A stretch of 64,000 nt of DNA from contig NW_027361695.1 in NCBI RefSeq assembly GCF_039654945.1, forward strand, positions 6,696,001 to 6,760,000. Reading direction: 5' to 3'. How positions within the stretch are numbered: position 1 is the stretch's first letter; every line of letters begins with the position of its first letter. This stretch comes from Dendrobates tinctorius (taxonomy: Eukaryota). The notes below the pieces were generated by a model that saw only the letters and a program-made list of their open reading frames with translations, did no database searches and had not been told where the DNA came from. Below are positions 41,465 through 53,826 of this stretch, piece by piece. Both the position numbers and the translations under genes were made by a program.

Positions 41465-43076
41465 CTGAGCGACCCGACTCCCCTCCGCCACAGACAGAGA
41501 GAGAGGCGCGCCGCCCTGAGCGACCCGACTCCCCTCCGCCACAGACAGAGAGAGAGGCGCGCCGCCCTGAGCGACCCGACTCCCCTCCGCCACAGACAGA
41601 GAGAGAGGCGCGCCGCCCTGAGCGACCCGACTCCCCTCCGCCACAGACAGAGAGAGAGGCGCGCCGCCCTGAGCGACCCGACTCCCCTCCGCCACAGACA
41701 GAGAGAGAGGCGCGCCGCCCTGAGCGACCCGACTCCCCTCCGCCACAGACAGAGAGAGAGGCGCGCCGCCCTGAGCGACCCGACTCCCCTCCGCCACAGA
41801 CAGAGAGAGAGGCGCGCCGCCCTGAGCGACCCGACTCCCCTCCGCCACAGACAGAGAGAGAGGCGCGCCGCCCTGAGCGACCCGACCCCCCTCCGCCACA
41901 GACAGAGAGAGAGGCGCGCCGCCCTGAGCGACCCGACCCCCCTCCGCCACAGACAGAGAGAGAGGCGCGCCGCCCTGAGCGACCCGACCCCCCTCCGCCA
42001 CAGACAGAGAGAGAGGCGCGCCGCCCTGAGCGACCCGACCCCCCTCCGCCACAGACAGAGAGAGAGGCGCGCCGCCCTGAGCGACCCGACTCCCCTCCGC
42101 CACAGACAGAGAGAGAGGCGCGCCGCCCTGAGCGACCCGACCCCCCTCCTCCACAGAGAGGCGCGTCGCCCTGAGCGACCCGACCCCCCTCCGCCACAGA
42201 GAGAGAGGCGCGCCACCCTGAGCGACCCGACTCCCCTCCACCACAGAGAGAGAGGCGCGTCGCCCCTGAGCGACCCGACCCCCCTCCGCCACAGAAAGAG
42301 AGAGAGGCGCGCCACCCTGAGCGACCCGACCCCCCTCCGCCACAGACAGAGAGAGAGGCGTGCCGCCCTGAGCGACCCGACTCCCCTCCGCCACAGACAG
42401 AGAGAGAGGCGCGCCGCCCTGAGCGACCCGACTCCCCTCCGCCACAGAGAGAGAGGCGCGCCGCCCTGAGCGACCCGACTCCCCTCCGCCACAGACAGAG
42501 GCGCGCCGCCCTGAGCGACCCGACCCCCCTCCGCCACAGAGAGGCGCGTCGCCCTGAGCGACCCGACCCCCCTCCGCCACAGAGAGGCGCGTCGCCCTGA
42601 GCGACCCGACCCCCCTCCGCCACAGAGAGGCGCGTCGCCCTGAGCGACCCGACCCCCCTCCGCCACAGAGAGGCGCGTCGCCCTGAGCGACCCGACCCCC
42701 CTCCGCCACAGAGAGGCGCGTCGCCCTGAGCGACCCGACCCCCCCTCCGCCACAGAGAGAGAGAGGCGCGCCGCCCTGAGCGACCCGACCCCCCTCCGCC
42801 ACAGAGAGAGAGAGGCGCGCCGCCCTGAGCGACCCGACCCCCCTCCACCACAGAGAGAGGCGCTCCACCACAGAGAGAGAGAGAGGCGCGCCACCCTGAG
42901 CGACCCGACCCCCCTCCTCCACAGACAGAGAGACCCTGAGCGACCCGACTCTCCTCTGCCACAGAGAGAGAGGCGTGCCACCCAGAGCAACCCGACCCCC
43001 CTCCTCCAGAGACAGAGAGAGGCGTGCCGCCCTGCGCGACCCGACTCCTCTCTGCCATAGAGGCGCGCCGCCCTGC
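41465..43076 (+). repeat. CpG-rich 51-bp (43-51 bp variants) minisatellite in ARL6IP5 intron 1
   Basis: Unit CTGAGCGACCCGAC(T/C)CCCCTCCGCCACAGACAGAGAGAGAGGCGCGCCGCC, roughly 33 copies; length varies in the GA tract. Confidence 0.97.
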
Positions 43077-45352
43077 ACAACTCGAACTTTAAAAGCAGTT
43101 TGTACTACTGATTATTCGGTTGTCTTGGACCAGACGGCCTAAAACTTCACTGTTTGTGTGTATCAATAAGCCATGGGCGCCCCAAAACCTCATCGCTGGA
43201 TCATGGTTGTTCTTACTCATCTTCCCATGATATTTCCCTCCAACAAGACATGCGGTTTTACAGATACTCTGATGCCGATAAGGGCCAAAATGTGATGTGT
43301 AGATTAGATGAGAGTCACTCGTCTTTTACCCAATTTCCCACTTCCAGCCCATCAACATCAAAGACTGACTGTCCACTCGCCCCCTGCAGGTCCCAGCACG
43401 GAGCGGTTTTAATGTTCTACCTGATCAGTGGATTATATACATATAAAAACGAAAGCCTAAATCAGAAGTGCAGCCGCTCCCCAGGATCCCCCCGCAGCCC
43501 CCAGATCTCTTTACATTACACCAGCCTCCACCTGCTCCGCTCACTCCATCATTACTTGGCCGCCTTCCTCCACCGGCAGTCAACAGCACATCCGAGATTG
43601 GACGTAATAAGCTGCGAGCTAAATATAGCTGACAAATAGTTTCTTATAACGGCCTGGAAAAAGTGAATATCATCAAGACCACAGGAACAGAACGTTAACA
43701 GATGTGCGGCTCACACGGCCAACACCCAAAAGTGAGGAGAAAAAAAAGCTGCGCAGGAGTTGGCGCCGCGCATGAAAATTTTGTACGGCTGCGAACAACA
43801 AACACAACTGCGACGCTCCTCAAGGCAAGAAAAATAACTGAGCACATGTGGATTTACGGTCTGTGTCCTTGTCTACAGCTGCATTCCCAATTCAGAAGGC
43901 TTCAGAGCTAAAATCTCTCCGCATCCAGTGGGGAGGATAAGGTTAGAAGGCCATGGACAGTCGATGTGGCCGTTGGACCAAGCCCCTGTAAAACTTTCTG
44001 CTCAACTCTGTACGTTAGGCACCAAGTGTCCCAGCTATGCCACCAGGCTAGGGCGTAACTGCAAACTTGCTGATTTATCAATGATGATGCAAAGTTATGT
44101 CCCCCTGCTACCAATCCCAAATTCCCCTGTACGAATGGAGCAGTAATGAGCATGTGCGACCATCAGTCCTACAGCCAGTGAACAGATCAGTGGTCGCACA
44201 TGCTCACTATAACCCTACTCAGTTTTGAGCCCCCCATTCTCAGCATTAGTGGAGGTCTCAGTGTTTTGACTCCCGCTAATCAAACATTTATCATTATCTA
44301 TCATGTGGATTGAGGATATGATTTTTTTAGGGCCTGGGACTACCCCTTTAAGTTGAGAGCTGCAATAATAGACAAGACAGTCCTAATCAATCCCTTTAAG
44401 GACTAGATTTTTCCTTAAGCCCTTCCTGTAAATATTAGGGAGGCTGGCAGGAACACTGGGCTATATTTGCCTCCCCGGGGGATGATCTTCTAAGCATTAC
44501 TGCACGGATTAGGAAGGTCACTAGGGATCACGAGTGGTATGAAAGGATTCCCGGGCTTCGCCAATCACTATTGATTGCATCCGGTTCCAAGATCCTCAGG
44601 GAAAACGTAAGTAAAAAGGAGCGAAGAGACGTGAGACACACTGACAACACAAACTGACATTAAACAAGACCGTGGGCATCTGACCATGGCACTGCTGATG
44701 GTCGATGAGAGGGCACAGGAGGGGGATATCTCAGGGGGTGATGAGTGGTCACTAATAAGGTGATAAATGGCAGCAGGGGCACTGCGAGGCCCGAATACAG
44801 AATAATATCCAGGGATTTATTATCCGGCTATAAACAACCCCTGGTTATATGCCAGGAGAACAGCAGCGCAGCGTCAGCCCATCAACACCTGCCCAGGGTC
44901 CCAATCTAAGCAGTACCAAATGCACAAAGGTGGTTGACATCAAAGCCCCCATATAACACTGCTTGGAGCAGTCAGTGGTACCAGCTGTCCCTCACCGGAA
45001 CACTCATAAGGCAGTGCCATGTAAACTACTGCCTACCAAACAGCATGTGTCACGTTATAGCAGTGTCGGTAGAGTCACGCCAATACATAGTAGCGGCCCG
45101 ATTAAAGGGTTTTATAGGACTTTTCCTGATTGTCTCAGAAGGAGTCTCATATGTCCAAGACTCCCATAATTAGTACTTTCTGATTCCCTTTATTCAAGTG
45201 AATGGGCTGAGCTGTAGTACCCGGGCATGGATATACGGGTATCGTATGGGGCCCAACAAGGGGCTCTTCCTTCCAGTGACCATGGAGGGTCCTAGGATCA
45301 GTTCCCCTCGATTGTTAAGAAACGACATTAGTAGGAAATGCATCAAACCCCA

Positions 45353-46207
45353 TTAAAGGGAACCTGTCAGCAGGATTGTGCAGAGTAACCTACAGACAGT
45401 GTCAGGTCGGCGCCATTATACTGATTACAATGATACCTGGTGATGAAATCCGTCTTATGGTCTTTGTTCAATCTTTATTTTTCATTTTTGGGTTAATGAT
45501 ATGCTTGTGCTCCGGGGCAGCCTGTGGGGGTCTTCATGTGGTGCTCGGATTAGCTATTCATAATGCAGACTGTTGACAGGTCGCTGATCGGCCTCCTAGT
45601 TTACATAATGAATATTTTAAATTTTAAATAGAAAAAAAAAAAAAAAAAAAACACATTCAACTGGCAGGCTCTATCAGTGATCCAATAGATGCTACTGCGC
45701 AGTAGCCGCCATCTTGCTAGAGAAAAAAAAAAAATCTTCGTCTCCACCAAGATGGCGCCAGCAGCTACTGCACAGTAGCAGCCGGCGCCATTTTGATACA
45801 ATTTTTTTAAAAAATTTTTCTGAATAAATTTAGATTAGAAAATAAAAAAAAAAAAAAAAAAATACTTTAAACACACGATTATGCTGCAGCGCAGGCGTCT
45901 GCCGTTTGAATGATTTTTTAAAAAAAAATACATATAATCAGTATGTAAACTAGGGGGCAGGTCAGTGAGGGATCAGTGACCTGTCAGCAGTCTGCATTAT
46001 GAACCCCTAATCCGAGCACCACATGAAGACCCCCACAGGCCGCCCCGGAGCACGAGCATATCATTAACCCAAAAATGAAAAATAAAGATTGAACAAAGAC
46101 CATAAGACGGATTTCATCACCAGGTATCACTGTAATCAGTATAACGGCGCTGACCTGACACTGTCTGTAGGTTACTGTGCACAATCCTGCTAACAGGTAC
46201 CTTTTAA
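45353..46207. mobile_element. TTAA-flanked MITE with long TIRs (T2/Kolobok-like)
   Basis: TTAA AGGGAACCTGTCAGCAGGATTGTGCA...TGCACAATCCTGCTAACAGGTACCTT TTAA; arms >200 bp (the same spurious ORF appears on both strands). Confidence 0.88.
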
Positions 46208-48593
46208 TAGATAAGGTTGCGCTGCATTAACTAAAATGTGCCAATCATAGTACCCCAATAATACTGAGCAGTTTTCTCCACAGTCCTGTACTGTCCAAAT
46301 TCAAGGCACGAAAGCAACTGAGGGTATGTTCATTTTTTTTTTTTTAAAACATGGATTTTGGAATCGATCCTGCTCTAAAATCCACAAGGAAAAAAAAATA
46401 AAAAAATCAAAAAGGAGTACGGTATGTTCAACTGTAGGTTTTTTTTTTGGGGGGGGGGCAAAAATCTGTAACAAAATCCACATAGAAAATGCTGCAAGTT
46501 GAGCGCAACCAACAAGTTTCCCATTCATTTGAATAAGAAAAATGCTCAGAAAAAAGAGGTATATGATAAAGTGTCACGGCAATTTTTTTTATTGCGTTTT
46601 ACATGCCTAAATCCCATGTTTTTGCAAAAAAAAAAACAAACAAACAAAACACACACCTTACACTACATCCCATGTTAAAAAGCAGGAAAAAAAAAAAAAA
46701 AAAAAGGATTTTATTTTACAAAGTGGATATTTCAGCCAGATTAATTCACATAAAAAAATCCCTCAGTGTGATCATAACCATCTCCTGTTATTCACTTGTA
46801 TATGAAAAAAACAAAAACAAAAAACAATGTACACAGTTTTTTTTTCTTTTTTACATCCAAGTTGACAAAGCAGCAACATATCAATTCTTTGCACTGGGGG
46901 GAAAAAAAAAAAAAAAATTCCAAATTTGACTTTTTAGGCCACTGAAGCAGAAAAAAAGATTTCCCCATGTGCAAAAAACAGCATTAAGAAAAAAAAAAAA
47001 ACTATTCCAAGACAGAAATAAAATGAATATATAGCCTTCTGTATGTAAATAGGTAAAAGCAATAGTGCATAGAATATTGGGTACTTGGGTTTTGTTAAGA
47101 AAATAAACAAATAAATAAATGAATGAATGAATGAATGAATAAAAGACATCCCACCACATCAAGATGTACTCAGTCAGGACGATCCTAACCTCTAGTATTA
47201 GAGCCTCGCCATGGGTCAAAGTGATGTCAGTGTCAAAAAGGGCCGATCGGGCCCTGAATATGGACACCCGGCTATGGCCGGTCCTGTGTAGTTGGCTGCA
47301 TTTAAAGGGCCGGTCTCATGACTTCCTGCAGCGGGCAGAACTGTGCAGATCCAGGAGGCAGAAGCCATCTAGGCCCGTAATAACCCGCTGGGGAGGATAA
47401 TGTCTCCTGGCACAGCCTCCCGTCTCCGTTGGTCGGAGCTGTGCATTACTCATCTACTTCCCATAAGCAGAGGTGCGGTCCTAAGGACCGAGCCTAAAAT
47501 ACCGCAGGCGGGGGACTGAATGTCATCTGCCAGCAACCATCGCTGCCTCACCCCACCCCAGACTGCGGCGCTGCCCTCTAAAGTGGAGAACGTGCAAAAG
47601 CTCCCAACAGATGAACCACAGGGAGCTGACGTGCCAACGACTGTCTGCAGCGGTCAATAGCGCTAAGAGAAGCCCGAGCTCGTGCTAAATCATTTTTATA
47701 GCAAGTGTCACCTATTTTTTTTTTTCCAAAGCCTACCGCAAACTATTGAATGTCTACGTATACCTCAATTTTACTTTTGCCAAATTTTGCTGTTTTTTTT
47801 TTTTTTTCTTTCCTTTATTCACCTAGACTTCACGATTTTTTTTTTAATTTTCCCAGCTACAGAGTGAGATCATGTGTATTCAGTCTCTGTCCATCCATCC
47901 ACTGCAGCTTGTACTGAGCAGTGCGAGATCTCAGCAGGGAGGAGGGACATTGAGGGGCGATCAATCCGGCTAGAGAAATGGAGACTGGGTTAACCTTTCA
48001 TACAGAATTTAAAACAGCCATTCTGGCATTCCTATCAAAGTAACTATATCTGCTTCATCAGGTCTTTTAAAAAAAAAAAAAAAAAAAAAAAGGACGACAC
48101 TCGTTTTAAAATCTCATCGCCTCCTGCTCTAATCTGAGATGTCGGACCGGTCCGGTTGTGGGTGTCTGACCTCAAAGTCGTCAGTCTCATAGGTAAGGCG
48201 ACCCCGCGGCCGCTCCAGACAGGGCAGTAGTGAGACCATTAAAGTCGGACAGGAAAAATCAGCCTTAAAAAGGAGCCATACACAGTTAATGGTGCGGCCT
48301 GGGGCAACTAGTCACATTGCGCCACGCTACTTGCCCCCGCCACAGGGGGGCGCTCTGGGACTTTTTGAGCACTCACCCCTCTGACCCCTTGTTCCTGACC
48401 CCGGGGTCAAGTCCATACAGGCTGCGGCTGCCACACGTCCAAATGCACAAAACCTAAAATAAGAGGTCCCATATGGTGCCGCCCCTACTGCCTGGCTGTG
48501 GTGTAGAACCACAAGTTGCAGCATGCCCTCCGCGCTGCGCAGGCGCACTGCGCCCCCCATCCTCCCTCCGGTCGCAGCATCCCTCCTGCTCAC

Positions 48594-48769
48594 CCCACCA
48601 GACAGACGACGGCCGCCGCCAGCGCCAGGTAGTTGGTCTGGTAGTACAGCAGATTGCTGACGACTCTGTTGTTCCATCTGGAGATGTCCTTGAAGTCCGG
48701 TCGGCTGAAGCGGTCGGAGCCCGGGAAGAAGTCGTCCCAGGCCCGCAGCGGCGCTAGCTGCACCTCCAT
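48594..48769 (-). CDS. ARL6IP5: ARL6IP5, exon 1
   Basis: [48 protein letters not shown] (PRA1 family N-terminus); GG|GTGAGC donor; 176+218+173 = 567 nt = 188 aa + stop. Confidence 0.96.
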
Positions 48770-49048
48770 GTTCCTTCCTTGCACCCTGCGTGCAAACCTC
48801 TGACAGATACGGCGCATGCGCATCAATCTTCTGCAGCCCTGAAGACGTCAGCCGGCAGCTCAGGAGCGCATGCGCTCAACGTTTTCCTCGACCCAGTTGT
48901 CAAGTCGGACAAACACTAGAGGGCGCCGTGGTTAAAGTCGCCATGTTGTGGCTGGCAAAGGAATGGAAGCGTAATAAACGGAGTGCTGCTGACCACGCTA
49001 TGCAGCCACTTCCGGTGCATTGTGGGAAAGAGAGAGGCTCAGACAAAT
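48770..49048. promoter_or_regulatory. Compact bidirectional promoter shared by ARL6IP5 and UBA3
   Basis: 279 bp between divergent ATGs; CpG-rich; NRF1 palindromes GCGCATGCGC 48812-48821 and 48866-48875; CRE-like GACGTCA 48844-48850; CTCF-like ACACTAGAGGGCGCC 48913-48927; ETS/GABP CACTTCCGGT 49007-49016. Confidence 0.85.
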
Positions 49049-49068
49049 ATGGCGGATGCCGTAGAGCC
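49049..49068 (+). CDS. UBA3: NEDD8-activating enzyme E1 catalytic subunit, exon 1
   Basis: ATG GCG GAT GCC GTA GAG CC|GTGAGT = MADAVEP. Confidence 0.88.
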
Positions 49069-49183
49069 GTGAGTATCTGTGTCAGCAGTCCGGGTCCCCG
49101 TCTCCCTCCGTTCCCCCCTCTGTGTCACAGGCCAGGAGGGCGCACCCCAAAACCCTTCTTTTATTCTCTCTCTCTCTTTTTAG

Positions 49184-49222
49184 GGAGAAGAAAAGAAGGC
49201 GGATAGAAGAGCTGTCTGACAA
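49184..49222 (+). CDS. UBA3: UBA3 exon 2
   Basis: TTTAG|G EKKRRRIEELSD AA|GTTAGT; 39 nt, phase 2-2. Confidence 0.88.
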
Positions 49223-49463
49223 GTTAGTGCTGGCGCAGGGGAGGTGTTAGGACATGGACAGGTTTGAAAGCAGGAACACAAACCACCTTATTACCTAGCA
49301 TCCCTCAAATGTACAAAGGGGCGGGGCTGTCACCTGTCAGTTATGCATGTTAATTTGTTATTGCGCTTTTATTTCCGTTTTAAAGCCTTATGTACTAGGA
49401 AATGACATTAGCAAAGTCATCCTTAAAGGGAGTGTCCATCTCTAGGGCCTTTTTTTTTGTTAC

Positions 49464-49792
49464 TTGAAGGGGTTGTCCATCTTTTGAGTTATCTGAAAAT
49501 TATTCCAGCACAATGGCGTTGTGTCTAAACATACTATTGTACTGCGCCCTGTGAGGATTCTCTGGTGCCAGGAGCGGCGGTCGTGTGACTGCAGGTATGT
49601 GACCTCCATATTTCTGGGTCACATTCCACCTAGACTGTTTCCCGACTGTCTAGTTGGCATGTGACAGCAGATCACGTACCCAGCACACCCGACCATGGAG
49701 AATCCTGGGGGTGCGTGCGATGTGAGGATTCCCAAGTCTGCAGTCACATAATGACTGTAGACTTGTAGCCGAAGACCGGACAAACCCTTTAA
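49464..49792. mobile_element. T2-like MITE in UBA3 intron 2
   Basis: TTGAAGGGGTTGTCC ... GGACAAACCCTTTAA; related to 57758-58088. Confidence 0.6.
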
Positions 49793-50092
49793 TTGACTTC
49801 TGCCGATGCTGTTACACACGCTGAGATTTGTAGATTTACGGGTATTTAGAAGGTGTAATGTGGTGGATCTATAGGCGCCGTGTCTGTGGCCATAATGTAG
49901 ATCGCCTTCTAGAACTGCTGTGTTCTCCACTAGGAGCCTTACAATATTTCCATAAAATGTTTTTCCCTTATTGTAATATCTCATGGTAGCGCAGTGTACG
50001 GTCGCTGCGTTATAGTTAGAGGGTTTCCAAATCCATCAGCTTGCTGTAGGTAAAAATATCGGTTCTTACTCATCATTGAACCAGTCTGGCTT

Positions 50093-50186
50093 TGGTCGAC
50101 GGGCCGCGGCGGTCGGGTCGTGGTCGACGGGCCGCGGCGGTCGGGTCGTGGTCGACGGGCCGCGGCGGTCGGGTCGTGGTCGACGG
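50093..50186 (+). repeat. 28-bp GC-rich tandem repeat (~3.4 copies)
   Basis: TGGTCGACGGGCCGCGGCGGTCGGGTCG repeated exactly. Confidence 0.9.
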
Positions 50187-51764
50187 CATACATGACTTCA
50201 GTATTCAATCACTGGCTAAATTAGCATCTCTGCTGTGCCCATTGTAGTAATGACGTGACCGCTGCAGTCTGTCCAAAAGCAGCGAGGTATGCGATGATTT
50301 TACTATTTTTGTCTAGAACCATCTGATGGAGTGAAAGCTGAGCTCTTCTTTAGAAATGAATTCATTGATTCTCAGGTCACTGTCTCAGTGGTCACATCAG
50401 TATTTTGTGGCAGCCAAATAGGAGTAGTGGAGATTCTAGCGCAGGTAGGAGACGATTTTTAGGGCTGTTGTCGAATACCACAGATTACTGACTTGACTGC
50501 TTGAAAAGTGCCTTGTGAGTAGTAGAATTCATGCAAGGCTCTTTAAAAAGGGGTACTCCCATTTCGGAAAGTGATGTCGGATTGCTCGGATATGCCATAC
50601 TTTTTGGGTCTCTCATTGATCCCTAAAATAAAGATTCCTCAGCTTGGTTCCTTTCACTGTTTTTTTTTTTTTTTTTTTTTTTCTGGTCGGCAGTAGTGGT
50701 GAGTAGAGATGAGCAAACATCGTCGGCTCCCTCCTTACTCGGCAAGCTATAGCGCTTACCGGAGAAGCTGGATACCGGGAACGCTCCTGATAATCAGCTG
50801 TTCGGCTCCGAAGCTGCATGTGTGGTGGATGTGTAACAGGCACAACACACAGGCTCTCCATGCAGGTCATGTGGTCACACATTGCTTCTCTTTCATCATT
50901 GAGGAGTAGAATATGATTGAACCTGCATGTGAATTCTGTGTCCTTTCCCTCTTCTCAATATCTGTGGCAGTCCACAGCAGAAAATCGGCATGCCGGGGAT
51001 GTAAAATCCGCACAGCCGGTCAATTTTAGTGGCAGCTGATACAATACTGGTGCTGTCTAACACACAGTGGATTTTTCTGCCTGCAAATCCACTGCGTAAC
51101 CGACCAGTGTGACCTCGCCTTCATACAAAATCATGGCCTATTACTTGCATATGAAATCTTGTTCTAATCAGCGTGGGTTCAACTTGTAGGATTCCCCACT
51201 GATTCTGAACATGAAGGGGCACTATTTTGGTTAGTCCAGCCAGGCAGGGAAACATTAAGAAAACATTGTACTTCTTTCTGTCATGGATTTTTTTTTTTTT
51301 TTTTTTCTTCTCAAGTAAGTACACCAGCCTCATCAGGTCTTGGAGATCTAATATATGTAGTTTGTACTGTGAGATCTGGTGACTGATCCTTTTAAAATGA
51401 CTGCCCTGGTAATGTACAATTAAACAAACCTTGATTAAAATCCGATCCATTCACCTGAATGGGCTGATTACAGCAGCAAGCCCATGGGTTTCTGTAAGCC
51501 CCGTTAAAATGAATGAGCCAGTCCCATTTCTGCCGTGTGAATGTACTATTGGGGTACACACACAGGGAACATACGGTGCACTCAATTATGTAGATTTTCC
51601 CAAGCATTTGTTTTTTCAGTAAATACACACACTGCAGATGTCAGGTTTGCATTGCTGGTCCATTCCCACCGTGGATTTTCAAGAAATCTCATCCAGAACG
51701 CTGATACTTTATTGCACTAAGGATTTTCTACATAGAATATCTGACCCGTGTGAACACACCCTTA

Positions 51765-52044
51765 GGCTATGTTCACACGTTGCCTCTTTTGCTGCGTTTT
51801 TGTGTGCAAATTTTAAGCTACGTTTTAAAGTAGCAACAAAGGCAATGAGACTTCAGAAATCTCATGCACAAACATTGTTTTTTGTTTTCTTGACTGAATT
51901 GGAAAATTGCTACATTTTTTAAAAAAACTGCAGCATGTCATTTCTTTCAGATTTTTTTTCAGCGTTTTTTTTAAGCAGCTTCTTTACTGCCAAGAAAATA
52001 GGTTTTGCCTACAGAAAAAAAAAATACAACGTGTGAACATAGCC
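51765..52044. mobile_element. PIF/Harbinger-type MITE
   Basis: TIRs GGCTATGTTCACACGTTG / CAACGTGTGAACATAGCC with 3-bp TTA TSD (51762-64, 52045-47). Confidence 0.85.
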
Positions 52045-52600
52045 TTACTATTCCTGAAGCTCTCTTCATGCATCTGATGTGCCCTTTGAACCAGGGTCCT
52101 GTGATTCCTTTTTCAGCCCTATCATCAGTCCTATTAAAGGGGTTCTCGCAGTCTAGCACTTAATCATTTTTCCACAGCTGGAACATCTACTGATCCCGAA
52201 AATGGAGCAATACGTGCTATCTTTCCTTTCATTGTCTTTGGCTCTGCCAGTGCTTGGCTGTCATTGTTGTTAGTACCATAGACAATGAGTGGAGTGGTAG
52301 TAGACATGCTCGTCATCCCTAATAATCTGCTGAACCTCCTAGTCAGGATCGGTGGGGTCCCAGCGGTGGACGAGTGATGACTATTGCTAGAAGCCGTTTA
52401 TGCCAATCACTGAATCACCAATACATTGATGACTTTCCCTCCTAAGGCTTCCCGCTTACTAGTACCCAGTGGTGGGTAGGTGGGCTCCTCGGCTGTCATA
52501 CCCCCAGGACTACTGTATGTGGTGCCTGACTGCTTCTAATGTAACATTCATGTCTGTGTAGCATCGATGTCGGTGGAATAACGCACTGTGTTCTATGCAG

Positions 52601-52721
52601 AATGGCTGTGGATGTTGGGTGTGGGGACACTGGAGACTGGGAAGGTCGCTGGAACCATGTTAAGAAGTTCCTCGAGCGATCGGGACCTTTCACACACCCC
52701 GAGTTCGAACCAAGCAACGAA
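52601..52721 (+). CDS. UBA3: UBA3 exon 3
   Basis: [40 protein letters not shown]; AG/GT boundaries. Confidence 0.95.
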
Positions 52722-53415
52722 GTGAGAACCCCCACCTTTACATTCATGTATTTGTAACTTGCAAATGACGTAAAGTAAGACTTTATTGCCTTGTGATGAG
52801 TTCTGTTCCGCTCGGATAATTTCCAGCATTAGCAATGCAAAACTGGCGGCCGGAGGGTAAAGTCACCGGCTACTTATAGTGAGCTTATTCTGTGGAAACG
52901 AGACACTTCTCAAAGTCATATATGTATCCAATGCATTAAAAATGAATGAAACTTTGCAAAAATATTTATTTTTAAAATGTTTTGTGTTTGTTTTATTTGT
53001 CCTTCTCCCAGGATAGATGGAGGCTCGGACTTCATGGGAGCTGTAAAATCAAAGCAACAGATGGCATTCCCATGTCATACATTTATGGCCTATTCACAGC
53101 GTACGCCATGAAGGTATAGTTGTTGTGGTCCCACCAGCCGGATCGATCATGAGAACTGGGCCCTGACATGAGCCGCTGACAGTGGAGAGGTTTCCTGAAA
53201 TTCCCAGCGTTGATATAGGAAATCTGACCACCTCCATAATGAAAGCGGCGTGTGGCCGGACCCTGTTCTCAACATAGATGCAGGTCCCATTGGTGGATGT
53301 AGCATCTGCCATATACCATAAATGTGTGACACGGGAATACACCTAATACTTGTAGAGTTAGATGATTTCAACATAAATGCTAAAAATGGTTTTCCCACTG
53401 TTGACTGGATACGTG

Positions 53416-53678
53416 TAGTGATGAGCGAACGTGCTGGAATGAGGTGTTATCTGAGCATGCTCGGGTGCTGAGTGTCTTCAGTGTACTCAAATAATATGTT
53501 CGAGTCCCCGCGACTGCATGTCTCGCCTTCTGTTCAACAGCCGCAACACATGCAGCGATTGCCTGTTTGTTAGACATGCAGACGTGGGGACACATTTTTT
53601 TGAGCACGCTGAAGACACTCAGTTAGCACCCGAGCATGCTCAGATCACACCTTATCCCAGCACGTTCGCTCATCACTA
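53416..53678. mobile_element. MITE with TAGTGATGAGCGAACGTGCTGG TIRs (hAT-like termini)
   Basis: ~75-bp imperfect inverted arms; no clear TSD; second partial copy at 39847. Confidence 0.8.
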
Positions 53679-53745
53679 ATAGATTCTCATTTCTTCTTAT
53701 GTCTTTATGTATTATTTTTGCACTAATCTGTTTCTCTCTTTCCAG

Positions 53746-53826
53746 TCTCTGCAGTTTCTCTTAGAAACCTGTAAAATACTGGTTGTTGGAGCTGGGGGAT
53801 TGGGGTGTGAACTCCTCAAAAATCTG
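53746..53826 (+). CDS. UBA3: UBA3 exon 4 (ATP-binding GxGxxG)
   Basis: [27 protein letters not shown]. Confidence 0.96.

Noticed and set aside
41416-43080. 345-554 aa ORFs on both strands
   Set aside because: Stop-free GC-rich minisatellite within ARL6IP5 intron 1; open in many frames at once.
48770-48826. N-terminal extension of ARL6IP5 (MMRMRRICQ...)
   Set aside because: Lies across the NRF1 promoter motifs; family similarity begins at MEVQLAPLR and gives the expected 188 aa.
50093-50186. Common origin of the 28-bp repeat and the 51-bp minisatellite (shared CGACCCGAC)
   Set aside because: Only ~9-10 bp shared in GC-rich sequence; likely chance.
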